64,000 nucleotides of DNA from Spirochaetaceae bacterium (GTDB lineage Bacteria > Spirochaetota > Spirochaetia > DSM-27196 > PWMO01): positions 88,594 to 152,593 of the forward strand of contig RECP01000052.1 of NCBI GenBank assembly GCA_007693945.1, in the 5' to 3' direction. This document shows positions 26,320-35,141 of the stretch, piece after piece. Both the position numbers and the translations under genes were made by a program. The notes beneath the pieces were generated by a model. The model was not told where the DNA came from. It ran no database searches and was given only the letters and a program-made list of their open reading frames with translations. Position 1 is the stretch's first letter. Every line of letters begins with the position of its first letter.

Positions 26320-27405
26320 ATGGTACTGTTGCAGACCCCTCCGTTCACGTTCTTCACCGCCCCCGACCCCGCAACCAATCGCATAGCTGTCGCGGTCTTT
26401 GCAGCAATTGTGGTGGCTGTCGTGGCAGCCTCGATAGCCAGCCGGCGTCGAACCCCCGGCAGCCGCTCCGCACGCGGACTGCGGCGTACGGCGCGTCGCA
26501 TGGGCCTGGACCGCAATCATATCGAGATGCTCTACGAGATGGTACGAACGCTCAGGCCCCAGAATTCAATGCGCCTGCTCAGCGACCCGGACTTCCTGAC
26601 CGCCGCGGTCAGGCGCATGGTGCGCCGTATTGACGGGTCGGCCATCGGCACAGCCGAAAAAGAGGCCCGCAAGGCGCTGGTCTTCCAGCTCAAGCAGCGG
26701 GTAACGGTGGCTCAGACCGGCCACAGTTCGGTCTCATCCACACGACAGCTTCAGGTCGGGCGCGAAATCCGTATAAGCACTGATGGCCACACATGGCTCG
26801 AATCGGCAGTCAAATCCAACGCCCAGGGGAGCTTTGCGATCGAGGTGCCGTACGACAGCCGCGGCCGCGATGTTCTGCTGGATCGCGGTACGACCGTAAT
26901 GGTGGCCTTCACTCTCGACAGTGACGGAAAGCTGTTTCGGCTCAAGACCAGAGTCGCCGGGATCACCCGCTCGCGGCGCGGTTCCAGCCTGCTGCTGGCA
27001 CACAGCGACAAGATCGATCAGAGTCAGAAACGCCGCTTTCCGCGACGGGAGTTCGACCGCCCGGCGATGTTCTGGCCGATAGACGTTGTAACCGTTGGAA
27101 CCGGACGCAAAGCAAAGAAGCAGGCGGTTATCAACAAATACCGCCGCCATCTGGGACAGATTGAAGAGATCTCGGCCGGCGGCTGCAGCATCCGGTCGTC
27201 CACTCCCCTGGCAAGCGGGACATTGCTGAAGATCGAGTTTGAGACCGTGAACCGCGAGCGGCTGGCGGTCTTCGGCAAGGTACGCGCGATCGATCGGGTT
27301 CCCAGCCGCTTTGGAATCATGCACGTGATGTTCACCAGGGTAACGCGCGCCAATCTCAACCGCATTCAGGCCTTCGTCTACGGCGTGGACAGCGGCCGTG
27401 ACTGA
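26320..27405 (+). CDS. Membrane-anchored PilZ-domain protein (YcgR-like architecture)
   Basis: GGGAG lies 6 nt upstream of the start. It has one N-terminal TM span (IAVAVFAAIVVAVVAASIA), a YcgR-N-like middle region, and a C-terminal PilZ domain with RRFPRR (RxxxR) and EISAGGCSI (xxSxxG). Confidence 0.7.
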   Translation: MVLLQTPPFTFFTAPDPATNRIAVAVFAAIVVAVVAASIASRRRTPGSRSARGLRRTARRMGLDRNHIEMLYEMVRTLRPQNSMRLLSDPDFLTAAVRRMVRRIDGSAIGTAEKEARKALVFQLKQRVTVAQTGHSSVSSTRQLQVGREIRISTDGHTWLESAVKSNAQGSFAIEVPYDSRGRDVLLDRGTTVMVAFTLDSDGKLFRLKTRVAGITRSRRGSSLLLAHSDKIDQSQKRRFPRREFDRPAMFWPIDVVTVGTGRKAKKQAVINKYRRHLGQIEEISAGGCSIRSSTPLASGTLLKIEFETVNRERLAVFGKVRAIDRVPSRFGIMHVMFTRVTRANLNRIQAFVYGVDSGRD

Positions 27406-27428
27406 TACGGCCGATCTCGGAGTCCGGT

Positions 27429-27692
27429 GTGACGGTTGTACAGATCGATGACATCAGCCGCCGTGATTCGCTGATCCACTACCGCCGGCAGTATACGGCC
27501 ACCGCCGTGGTGAGGCACGTCGCCTCGGACGGGCAATCGGTTCCAATCGCGTTCACGATCGAGCAGTCTGCAACCGAAACACCGGCGGTGTCGGTGGACA
27601 TCCGCGGGCCACTCGATTATCCTGTGATTCCGGCAACGCACGTGTTGCGCGAGTACATTCTCAAGCTGGATTTGCAAGGAAAGCTCCCCTGA
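27429..27692 (+). CDS. Hypothetical small protein (87 aa)
   Basis: It starts at GTG, 7 nt after GGAG. It is packed tightly between the PilZ gene and tsaE. No family was recognised. Confidence 0.4.
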   Translation: MTVVQIDDISRRDSLIHYRRQYTATAVVRHVASDGQSVPIAFTIEQSATETPAVSVDIRGPLDYPVIPATHVLREYILKLDLQGKLP

Positions 27693-27697
27693 ACCTG

Positions 27698-28150
27698 ATG
27701 TGCCTGAACCAGTCGCGCCCGACACGCCTCATCTCGGACTCTGCGGCGCGCACGCGCGCCATTGCCGCTGAACTCGCCGAGCGGTTGCAGCCCGGCGACG
27801 TCGTGGCGCTACGCGGACCGATGGGCGCCGGCAAGACCGTGTTTGTCAAAGGCATCGCCGATGCATTTGGCGTGCGTGAACCGGTGACCAGCGCCACCTT
27901 CACCATCATCACCGAGTACGAGGGTCGAATCCCGCTGGTGCACGCCGATCTCTACCGCCTGCATGGCAGCGCTGAAGCCGCCGAAACCGGCCTGCAGGAC
28001 TACCTCCGGGACTCCTCGGTGGTCGTTGTAATCGAGTGGGCCGAACGAGCGTCCGACCTCTACCCGTCGGATACGATCTGGATAAGCATTTCGGTTTCCG
28101 AGGACGGTCGGCGCGCGATAGCAATCGACCGGACGGAGCAGCAGCCGTGA
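27698..28150 (+). CDS. tsaE: tRNA t6A37 biosynthesis ATPase TsaE
   Basis: It has the Walker A motif GPMGAGKTVFVKGIA, plus HADLYRL and VVVIEWAE. Confidence 0.85.
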   Translation: MCLNQSRPTRLISDSAARTRAIAAELAERLQPGDVVALRGPMGAGKTVFVKGIADAFGVREPVTSATFTIITEYEGRIPLVHADLYRLHGSAEAAETGLQDYLRDSSVVVVIEWAERASDLYPSDTIWISISVSEDGRRAIAIDRTEQQP

Positions 28151-28821
28151 ACGCCGTCGCCATCGACACAGCAACCGACGTTCTGTCGCTGGCAGTGAGC
28201 ACTGCCGCTCAACGGTACTACTACCAGGCCGAAGCCGGGCTTCGCCACGGCCAGCAGATGATGCCGGTGCTGGCGTGGCTGCTGCAACAGGCGTCATTGC
28301 CTCGAGAGGCTATCGAACTTGTGGTCTGCAGTGACGGTCCCGGTTCGTTTACCGGCTTGCGCATCGGCATGGCGTGCGCCAAGGGTCTGGCTGCCGCAAC
28401 CGGTGCTCGCCTGGTAGCCGTGCCGACCCTCGACGCGCTGGCCTGGCCGCTGCGCGTCTGGCCGCAGCCCGTTGCGGTCGCAATTGATGCCCGCAAGAAC
28501 CGTTTCTATGTAGCACTGTTTCACGGCCCGCACAAGCTGACGCAAGACCTGGATATCACCCCGGCGGCCTTCGAGAAGCTGCTTGAACAGCACGCCGCCG
28601 ATGGGCCCGTGCTGCTCACCGGACCGGGAGCCGCGCAACTGCACGGCCGGCTCAACGCACCGCAACGGACACAGCGTGATACACACTGGCGCGCGGGCGC
28701 CGCGGCCGGTCTGCTGGAGCTTGGACGTCTGAAAGCTGAAGACGGACAGTATGCCGCCGAATCTCACGGTCCGAACTACGTACGTGTCAGCGACGCGGAG
28801 ATCGGCGTGCTACGCCAGTAA
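28147..28821 (+). CDS. tsaB: tRNA t6A37 biosynthesis protein TsaB
   Basis: VNAVAIDTATDVLSLAV..., GPGSFTGLRIG. GTG 28147 overlaps the tsaE stop (GTGA). Confidence 0.8.
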   Translation: MNAVAIDTATDVLSLAVSTAAQRYYYQAEAGLRHGQQMMPVLAWLLQQASLPREAIELVVCSDGPGSFTGLRIGMACAKGLAAATGARLVAVPTLDALAWPLRVWPQPVAVAIDARKNRFYVALFHGPHKLTQDLDITPAAFEKLLEQHAADGPVLLTGPGAAQLHGRLNAPQRTQRDTHWRAGAAAGLLELGRLKAEDGQYAAESHGPNYVRVSDAEIGVLRQ

Positions 28822-28880
28822 CGCAGACGGCGGTTACCGCTGCTCCGGCCACCCATGATCATTTTGAAGCGCACCTGATC

Positions 28881-29177
28881 TCAGTCGTCGCTTTGTCTGT
28901 TCTGTTCTTCTCCGGCGTCGCGGGCGGCGGTTCGGCCGGAATCGGCCGATCCACTCCCACCGAACAGCGCGTCGAGCTCGGGCGGTATCGCGCGTGCGGC
29001 GGCGGCCTGACGGTTTTCTTCCAGAATCGCCTCGTAGACCTCACGGCGGTAGACCTTGACGTGGCTGGGCGCGTTTATGCCGAGTTTCACCTGGTCACCG
29101 CGAATGTCGATGATCGATACTTCGATCTCGCCCCCGATGATGATACTCTCGTTCATTTTGCGCGCCAGAATCAGCAT
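28881..29177 (-). CDS. csrA: Carbon storage regulator CsrA (FliW-partnered type, long C-terminal tail)
   Basis: [51 protein letters not shown]. The ATG overlaps the fliW stop by 1 nt (TGATG). The 98-aa product includes a low-complexity tail of about 40 aa. Confidence 0.9.
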   Translation of the reverse strand: MLILARKMNESIIIGGEIEVSIIDIRGDQVKLGINAPSHVKVYRREVYEAILEENRQAAAARAIPPELDALFGGSGSADSGRTAARDAGEEQNRQSDD

Positions 29178-29611
29178 CAGTCCGTCCTTGTCATTTCGGA
29201 AGCGATTTCGTGTTTGGTCTTCCAACGGGGATCAAGCGAGATCGATTGCTTGCCGATGCGCTGCGCGCGGTTGATCACCAGCGGTCCCTGTAGATTGGCG
29301 GTCACTTCTCCCTCGGCCGGGATGGTGAGAATCGCGAAGACCAGAATATCGTCCTCTTCGGGTGAACCGATCTGTTCCAGGTCCTCGGCGGCGATGTCGA
29401 GTACGTAGTCGGAGCGGAACAGGTACGGGTTGACCAGAATAAAGGCCACTTCACGGTCATGCGTGCTCTGCAGCCAGTAGAACGGTGGTCGATGCGCGTC
29501 GAGCAAACCGAACTCGGTGTGTTGCTCGAACCCGTAGAGTCCCTCGGGAAAGCGCACCAGCTGTTTCTCCGCCAGTTCCAGCGGGCCGTATGCCTTGGTA
29601 TCTATGGTCAT
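29177..29611 (-). CDS. fliW: Flagellar assembly factor FliW
   Basis: FPEGLYGFE..., PFYWLQS, FILVNPY, and [11 protein letters not shown] are FliW-family blocks. Confidence 0.9.
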   Translation of the reverse strand: MTIDTKAYGPLELAEKQLVRFPEGLYGFEQHTEFGLLDAHRPPFYWLQSTHDREVAFILVNPYLFRSDYVLDIAAEDLEQIGSPEEDDILVFAILTIPAEGEVTANLQGPLVINRAQRIGKQSISLDPRWKTKHEIASEMTRTD

Positions 29612-29613
29612 GA

Positions 29614-30861
29614 CTACCTCAGGAAGTCCAGCAGCGTCGGCTGTATCACGCGTGCCGCGGTTGCCAGAGCAGCCCGATGGGTGTATTCGAGCATCCGCAG
29701 ATTAGTGATTGCTTCGGCCATGTCGATATCGACCTCGTTGGAGTTGAGTTTGCCGATCTGCGGTATCTCGAATTCGGTTCGCAGGTAGGCGTGCTCCAGG
29801 CGCGCGTCTTTGGCTCCCAGGCGTCCCAGATTGGAAAGCAGGTTGTCGAGCGCGCTGTCGATTCCCCGCAGCGCACCGCCCCCGACGTCAAAACTGTCCC
29901 CGTTGTATAGTGCGTTGCGCAGAGTAATGATCGAATCAAACAGGGATCCGCCGAAGACCGTGGCGGTGGGGGCCACGTTGCCCGGAGGTGTTATATCAGA
30001 ACTGACCACGATGCCGAGATCCTGCAGCACCGCGCTGCCCTCACCATCCTGCACCCAGATCTGGTGCGGTGAGGTGGTCTCGAGCACCAGCGAGTTCTGT
30101 ACCGGATCAAGCCGGGCGCGTACGGCGGCCGGGGAATCGTTGATCTTGCTTATGATCGAGAAGACGTTGTCGCCGGCCGTCAGTTCAATCGGCACGTCGT
30201 CGATGTAGATCACCCCGTCTTGTGCTACGGTGTAGCCGTCGGAGTCGACCGAGGAATAGATCTGCTGATTCTCGGCCCAGAACACCTGATTGCCGGGAAA
30301 ATTGAGTTCAATATAGGAGTTCTCGGCGATTTCCGTCATTCGTTCGCCTATGTCGCCCACGTAGTCGACCGTGGTGATCACCGCTCCGGATGCACCTTCG
30401 ACGTTGCCTTCAATGACGCGAAACGGCACCGTCTTGCTCTTCTTGCCTGCAAACAGCATCGTTCCGTCGGCGTTGCGCCCGTTGGCAATCTCGACAAATT
30501 CGCGCAACAGCTCATCGATCTCGTTGGCCATGTGCCGCAAGTCGTCGCCCGAATAAGTGCCGGTTGCACCCTGGATGGCCAGCTCGCGTATGCGCTGCAA
30601 CATATCCACACCCTGTTTCATATAACCTTCCGCAACCCGGTAGTTGTCCTGCGCGTAACGGATATTGTCGGCAAACCGGTTCAGCCGCGCCAGATAGGAC
30701 TGGTAGCGCGTCGAGTGCGCCGCCGCCAGCGGTGCATCGCGCAGGTTCTGGATGCGCGACTGTGCCGCCATCTGGTTCTGTGCCTGGTTCATCAGGTGCT
30801 CACGGCGGCGAGCGTGATACTGCATGTTGTCGTTGGGCAGATTGGTACTTATGCGAAACAT
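29614..30861 (-). CDS. flgL: Flagellar hook-associated protein 3 FlgL
   Basis: MFRISTNLPNDNMQYH..., a flagellin-like N-terminus, and the C-terminal ITNLRMLEYTHRAALATAARVIQPTLLDFLR. Confidence 0.85.
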   Translation of the reverse strand: MFRISTNLPNDNMQYHARRREHLMNQAQNQMAAQSRIQNLRDAPLAAAHSTRYQSYLARLNRFADNIRYAQDNYRVAEGYMKQGVDMLQRIRELAIQGATGTYSGDDLRHMANEIDELLREFVEIANGRNADGTMLFAGKKSKTVPFRVIEGNVEGASGAVITTVDYVGDIGERMTEIAENSYIELNFPGNQVFWAENQQIYSSVDSDGYTVAQDGVIYIDDVPIELTAGDNVFSIISKINDSPAAVRARLDPVQNSLVLETTSPHQIWVQDGEGSAVLQDLGIVVSSDITPPGNVAPTATVFGGSLFDSIITLRNALYNGDSFDVGGGALRGIDSALDNLLSNLGRLGAKDARLEHAYLRTEFEIPQIGKLNSNEVDIDMAEAITNLRMLEYTHRAALATAARVIQPTLLDFLR

Positions 30862-30864
30862 GGC

Positions 30865-32739
30865 CTAAACTCCCAGCCGGTTGATGATTGTGTCGAGCAT
30901 GCGGTCGACGTAGGTGATGAAACGCGCCGCGGCGTTATAGCCGTGTTGAAACTTGATCATCTGCGCCAGTTCTTCGTCCACGTTAACCCCGCTGATGGAC
31001 TCGCGCGTGTCGCGCAGGTCCTTCATGATTGCCTCCTGGGTGCGCAGCGCCAGCTGCGCTTCCTCGCCTTTGAGTCCTATCTCGGCCACCGTATCGGCGA
31101 AGTAGTCGTCAAAGGTCGCAATCTGCCCGACCATCACCGGGCGGTTGCGCAAACCGGCGATCTCCAGCGCTGCGTCACCGTCTCCAATAACTCCAGGCTG
31201 TCCCGGCCGACCGAAGGCTGCCGCGATGCGCGCCGGCTCGTTGCGGATCGAAGGATTCATGTCGATCCACGCCGACGGGTTCTGCAGCGGAGCGACCGCA
31301 AAACGGCCATCGGCACGCAGCAGGTCGACGGCGTCGGCCTGATCCCAGCTATAGGCGCCGTCGGCTCCGGAGGCTGCCAGAACGCCCGCGTACCCGACCA
31401 GGAACTGTCCGGAGTCCTCGACGTGACGTATTACAAAGTCCGGGTGATCGATCTGCGCCGCCGGGGTACCCTTTAGCATCAGATGGCCTCCGCGGTCGAG
31501 CCGTGCCACCACTTCAGCGCCCGAGTTGTTAATACGCGCGATGAGATCGTTGACGGTATCGGTCGGAAAGTACTCGATATCGAGCGTGCCTTGAGAAACC
31601 GCGAGGGTCAGCGTCCCCTGCAGCCCGATCTGCTCCTCTGAGCGCAACGCGTTGGCGCCACTGATGCGGAACAGGTATGTCGAATCGAAGGCCCCGTCAC
31701 CGGTACGGTCGTAGTTTCCGAGGGCGTTCAGCACCGCGGGATACTCCACGAAGAAGTCGAGACCGGTTTCACCGGTAAGGCCGTAGCCGTCACGGTGAAT
31801 CTCATTCACCAGATCGACGAAATTGATTGTCATGTTATCGAGCTTCTGTACCTCGCGACGCACGTCCACGTCGCGCAGTTCAAGCACCGAAGCCAGTGTT
31901 CCGCCGCGAAAGTCGGCAATTTCCCCGGAGTGTGACCAGACCACATTGGAGTAACCATCGTTCTCGGGCACCGGAACAGCCTCAAACGGTCGAGCGATGC
32001 GGCCCTGGACGATGTGAAAACCGCTGGTGTAGATGCTGAACTCATCGGGATTACGGTCGTCGATGGTGATGTTTATCTTTGAGGAGAGTCGGTTGATCAA
32101 AAGGTCGCGGCGATCATACAGATCGTTTGGCTCGTCACCGGCGGCTTGCGACTTGACGATCTCGTTGTTCAGCGCCGCGATCTCGCGAATGATCTCGTTA
32201 ACCTGAAAGACACCGGCACGGACTTCGTCGTTGAGCATGGTGCGAACGCGGTCCAGGCTGTGATAACGCAGCTGAATTCCCTCCATCAGGGCTTCGCCGC
32301 GCTCTGTAACCGCGCGCCTGGCGGTCATCTGGTCCGGAAAGATGGACAGCTCCTGCCAGCTGTCCCAGAAGCGGTCCATCAGATTGCGCACCGAGTGCTC
32401 GGTCGGTTCGTTGTAGACCTGTTCGAGCATCATTACGTACTTGTCGCGCATCTGCCAGTAGCCTTCCTCATGCGCTTGAGCTATTATGCGTCCTTCCAGC
32501 AATCGGTCGCGCACGCGTTCGATTCGCGCCACCTCCACTCCCTGCCCGATCTGGCCGGGGCGTTCCGCACGGTTGAGCTGGGGACGGTCGATGGCGTGAA
32601 ACGCGCGCAGCTCCACCCGCTGGCGGCTGTATCCCTCGGTGGAAGCATTACTCAGGTTGTGACCGGCGGTGTTGAGGGCGATCTGGTGCGCAAACAGACC
32701 CCGCTTGCCGATCTCGATACCCGAAAAGGTTGATTGCAT
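30865..32739 (-). CDS. flgK: Flagellar hook-associated protein 1 FlgK
   Basis: MQSTFSGIEIGKRGLFAHQIALNTAGHNLSNASTEGYSRQRV and the C-terminal VNVDEELAQMIKFQHGYNAAARFI. ATG 32739 follows GGAGGGGG. The extension to 32898 overlaps flgN and was rejected. Confidence 0.9.
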   Translation of the reverse strand: MQSTFSGIEIGKRGLFAHQIALNTAGHNLSNASTEGYSRQRVELRAFHAIDRPQLNRAERPGQIGQGVEVARIERVRDRLLEGRIIAQAHEEGYWQMRDKYVMMLEQVYNEPTEHSVRNLMDRFWDSWQELSIFPDQMTARRAVTERGEALMEGIQLRYHSLDRVRTMLNDEVRAGVFQVNEIIREIAALNNEIVKSQAAGDEPNDLYDRRDLLINRLSSKINITIDDRNPDEFSIYTSGFHIVQGRIARPFEAVPVPENDGYSNVVWSHSGEIADFRGGTLASVLELRDVDVRREVQKLDNMTINFVDLVNEIHRDGYGLTGETGLDFFVEYPAVLNALGNYDRTGDGAFDSTYLFRISGANALRSEEQIGLQGTLTLAVSQGTLDIEYFPTDTVNDLIARINNSGAEVVARLDRGGHLMLKGTPAAQIDHPDFVIRHVEDSGQFLVGYAGVLAASGADGAYSWDQADAVDLLRADGRFAVAPLQNPSAWIDMNPSIRNEPARIAAAFGRPGQPGVIGDGDAALEIAGLRNRPVMVGQIATFDDYFADTVAEIGLKGEEAQLALRTQEAIMKDLRDTRESISGVNVDEELAQMIKFQHGYNAAARFITYVDRMLDTIINRLGV

Positions 32740-32761
32740 TCGTTTCCCCCTCCAGCAACGC

Positions 32762-33265
32762 TTACAGGTGGCGGTCGACCACCACCGCGTGCGCTCCGGT
32801 GGCTCCGGCGTTTCCATCCTTGCGGTAAATCGTACCCCGATGCGCCGGCGAGCACTCCTCGAGAAAGGAGCGCATGGTGGCGGTGCTCGACGCAACATAG
32901 GCGTCGATACCGCCGGTCAGGCTGCGGATGCGCATCACCGCCACTTTCAGACTGCGGTACAGCGCGCGCAAGCGCCCGGCGGACTGCTCGTCAAGCCGCG
33001 AAATCAACTCCGAGAAGCTGGCCGTATCATTGAGACCCAGCGTCAAGCTCAGCGTGCTGAAACAGCGCTCCCGGTCCCCTTCGGCCTGCTGGATCTCTTC
33101 CGACAGCGCTGCCATCTGGTCTATCACCTTCTGCAACTCCTGCCAGTCGCGCTCAAGCAAGTGGCTCTGCAGGATGCGCTCACGTTCAGCCAAAGCACCC
33201 AGCAACTGAATCTCCTGCACGAGTATTCTGCTCAATGACTCAAGCTTGTCTTCTACGCTTTTCAT
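32762..33265 (-). CDS. flgN: FlgN-like flagellar export chaperone
   Basis: The 167-aa helical protein begins LSRILVQEIQLLGALAERERILQSHLLERDWQELQKV. It sits directly upstream of flgK as in other flagellar loci. Confidence 0.55.
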   Translation of the reverse strand: MKSVEDKLESLSRILVQEIQLLGALAERERILQSHLLERDWQELQKVIDQMAALSEEIQQAEGDRERCFSTLSLTLGLNDTASFSELISRLDEQSAGRLRALYRSLKVAVMRIRSLTGGIDAYVASSTATMRSFLEECSPAHRGTIYRKDGNAGATGAHAVVVDRHL

Positions 33266-33283
33266 GGTCCATCCTCTTGTCTA

Positions 33284-33310
33284 TCATCGGCGTTTTTGGA
33301 CCTTACATTA
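33284..33310 (-). promoter_or_regulatory. Sigma28 promoter TAATGTAA-N11-GCCGATGA for flgN-flgK-flgL-fliW-csrA
   Basis: Read on the minus strand it matches 12 of 16 consensus positions with exact 11-nt spacing. The -10 ends 18 nt before ATG 33265. Confidence 0.55.
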
Positions 33311-33320
33311 AGCGTCCATC

Positions 33321-33350
33321 TTTACCGCCCGGGAGCGTTTGGGCTACAAT
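33321..33350 (+). promoter_or_regulatory. Candidate promoter TTTACC-18-TACAAT for the GH3 gene
   Basis: It lies about 60 nt upstream of ATG 33410, divergent from the flgN promoter. Confidence 0.4.
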
Positions 33351-33409
33351 CAGCATCAGGACCAACCGGCACCGGTTACGGTAGCTCGGTTATCTGGAGT
33401 TTGAACACG

Positions 33410-35128
33410 ATGAAACGGCGCGGCGTATCACTTCTTCTCCTGTGGACCCTGTTGGCCCTGCCGGGTTTGGTCCGTAGCGTGCAGCTGACCGCCGAGCAGC
33501 GCGGCACCTTCTGGCTGCAGCGGCCTGATGAGGAAGTGATCGAACTGCTGATGGCACAGATGTCGGCCGAGGAGACAGTCAGTCAGGTCTTCCTGGTCGG
33601 CTGGGCCACCGAGGAACCGAGCCGCGAGCTGCTGGCCTGGATTCGCCGCCGCAGTATCGGCGGGGTCAAGGTGTTCGGCTGGAACTCCAACGACCTGCGC
33701 GTGTTGGCGCGCAGCATCTCGCAGTTGCAGCGCGAGGCTGCCGCCGGTGACCACGCGATTCCGCTGTTCACCGCCACCGACCAGGAAGGTGGATGGGTGC
33801 GTCACGTGCGGGGTCGCACTTCCATGACCCCCGGCAACATGGCGCTGGGGGCCACGGGGGTGCCGCAGGACGCCTACCAGACCGGTTACTACATCGGTGC
33901 CGAGCTGCGCGCGCTCGGCATCAACATGAACTTTGCTCCCACCGTGGATGTGTTTGTCAATCCGTTCGACTATGTTATCGGCCCGCGCGCGTTCTCGGCC
34001 GACCCGGTGCAGACGGCGGTACTCGGCAGCGCCTTTTTTCGTGGCATGGAGCACCACCGCGTGATCGCCACGGCCAAACACTTCCCCGGACACGGAAACG
34101 CCGCCGAGGATTCGCACGGCAGCCTGCCGGAAATCAATGACCCCTTTGAAGAGGTCTGGAACCGGGACCTTGTTCCCTACCGCATGCTGATTCGCGAGGG
34201 CCTGCCGGCGGTACTGAGCGGACATCTCAGCTTTCCGCTGGTTACCGGCAACGGTACACCGGCTTCGCTTTCGGCCTACTTCAAACGGGATCTGCTGCGC
34301 TCGCAGCTGGGCTTCGACGGTATCGTGATCACCGACGATCTCTACATGGGGGCGGTCTACCAGTACGGGCGCGCAACCGGCCGCAGCTTCGCCGAGCTTT
34401 GCCTGCTGGCTCTGGAAGCCGGCAGCGACATGATCATGCTTTCGCGGACGCCCGCACTCAACGACGTTATCTGGCGAACAGTGTACGACGCCTACCTGCA
34501 CCGTCCGGAAGTCCGCCGCAGCATCGACGCCTCGGTACGCCGTATACTGCGCACCAAGCTGCGTTATCTCAAGCCCGAGGATCGGGTACCACTCTACCCT
34601 GACCCGGCAACGGTTGCGGAGCACGTGCCGCATCCCGACGCCGAGCGATTCTTCGCCGATCACGCCTACCGCAGCGTAACGATCACCTCCGGCAGCCGCA
34701 TCCCGCTGCAGCCGCGCGCGGACGAGCGGATACTGCTGGCGGGTAAGTTCGGTGATTTCCTGCGCGAGGGGTCGGCGCGTTTTCCGTCCGCTGCGCACCA
34801 CCGTTTCTCCACGGCCTCCGTCTACCACGCCTCGATGCAGGAGCGCGCCGAGTTCCGACGTGTCGCGGCTGCCTTTGATACGGTGATCTTCTGTCTCTCC
34901 GATCCGGCAACCGTAACGCTTGCCGACGAACTGCGCGGCCTCGACGTGGAGCTGATTCTCTTCTCGATTCTGTCGCCCAGTTACCTGCGTAGCTTTGACT
35001 GGGTCCAGACTGCGCTGGCGGTGTATGGCTGGGGCCGGGACTCCTATCGTGCGGGTTTCGCGGTGCTGTCCGGCGAACTACACGCCAAGGGCGTGTTACC
35101 GATCGCGCTGCCCGGTGACCGGCCGTAG
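33410..35128 (+). CDS. Glycoside hydrolase family 3 (beta-N-acetylhexosaminidase, NagZ-like), secreted
   Basis: It has a signal peptide (MKRRGVSLLLLWTLLALPGLVRS) and the motif KHFPGHGNAAEDSHGSLPE, plus GFDGIVITDDL. Confidence 0.8.
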   Translation: MKRRGVSLLLLWTLLALPGLVRSVQLTAEQRGTFWLQRPDEEVIELLMAQMSAEETVSQVFLVGWATEEPSRELLAWIRRRSIGGVKVFGWNSNDLRVLARSISQLQREAAAGDHAIPLFTATDQEGGWVRHVRGRTSMTPGNMALGATGVPQDAYQTGYYIGAELRALGINMNFAPTVDVFVNPFDYVIGPRAFSADPVQTAVLGSAFFRGMEHHRVIATAKHFPGHGNAAEDSHGSLPEINDPFEEVWNRDLVPYRMLIREGLPAVLSGHLSFPLVTGNGTPASLSAYFKRDLLRSQLGFDGIVITDDLYMGAVYQYGRATGRSFAELCLLALEAGSDMIMLSRTPALNDVIWRTVYDAYLHRPEVRRSIDASVRRILRTKLRYLKPEDRVPLYPDPATVAEHVPHPDAERFFADHAYRSVTITSGSRIPLQPRADERILLAGKFGDFLREGSARFPSAAHHRFSTASVYHASMQERAEFRRVAAAFDTVIFCLSDPATVTLADELRGLDVELILFSILSPSYLRSFDWVQTALAVYGWGRDSYRAGFAVLSGELHAKGVLPIALPGDRP

Positions 35129-35141
35129 AACTGCGGGGCGT

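Noticed and set aside
28822-28880. The hairpin GGCGG-TTA-CCGCTG region between convergent tsaB and csrA, as a terminator.
   Set aside because: The stem is only about 6 bp including a G:U pair, the loop is 3 nt, and there is no U-tract on either strand. This is too weak to call.
32740-32898. N-terminal ORF extensions in the supplied track. Examples: flgK from 32898, flaB-1 from 20748, flaB-2 from 21765, the kinase from 3230, glgA from 35923, metW from 14338, korG from 59864 and secA from 46842.
   Set aside because: The extensions overlap upstream genes or promoters, are Arg-rich, and lack an SD. Internal starts give canonical family N-termini (MQSTFSGIEIG, MIINHN, MLKLILSGVGGQG and others) with an appropriate SD or leaderless geometry.
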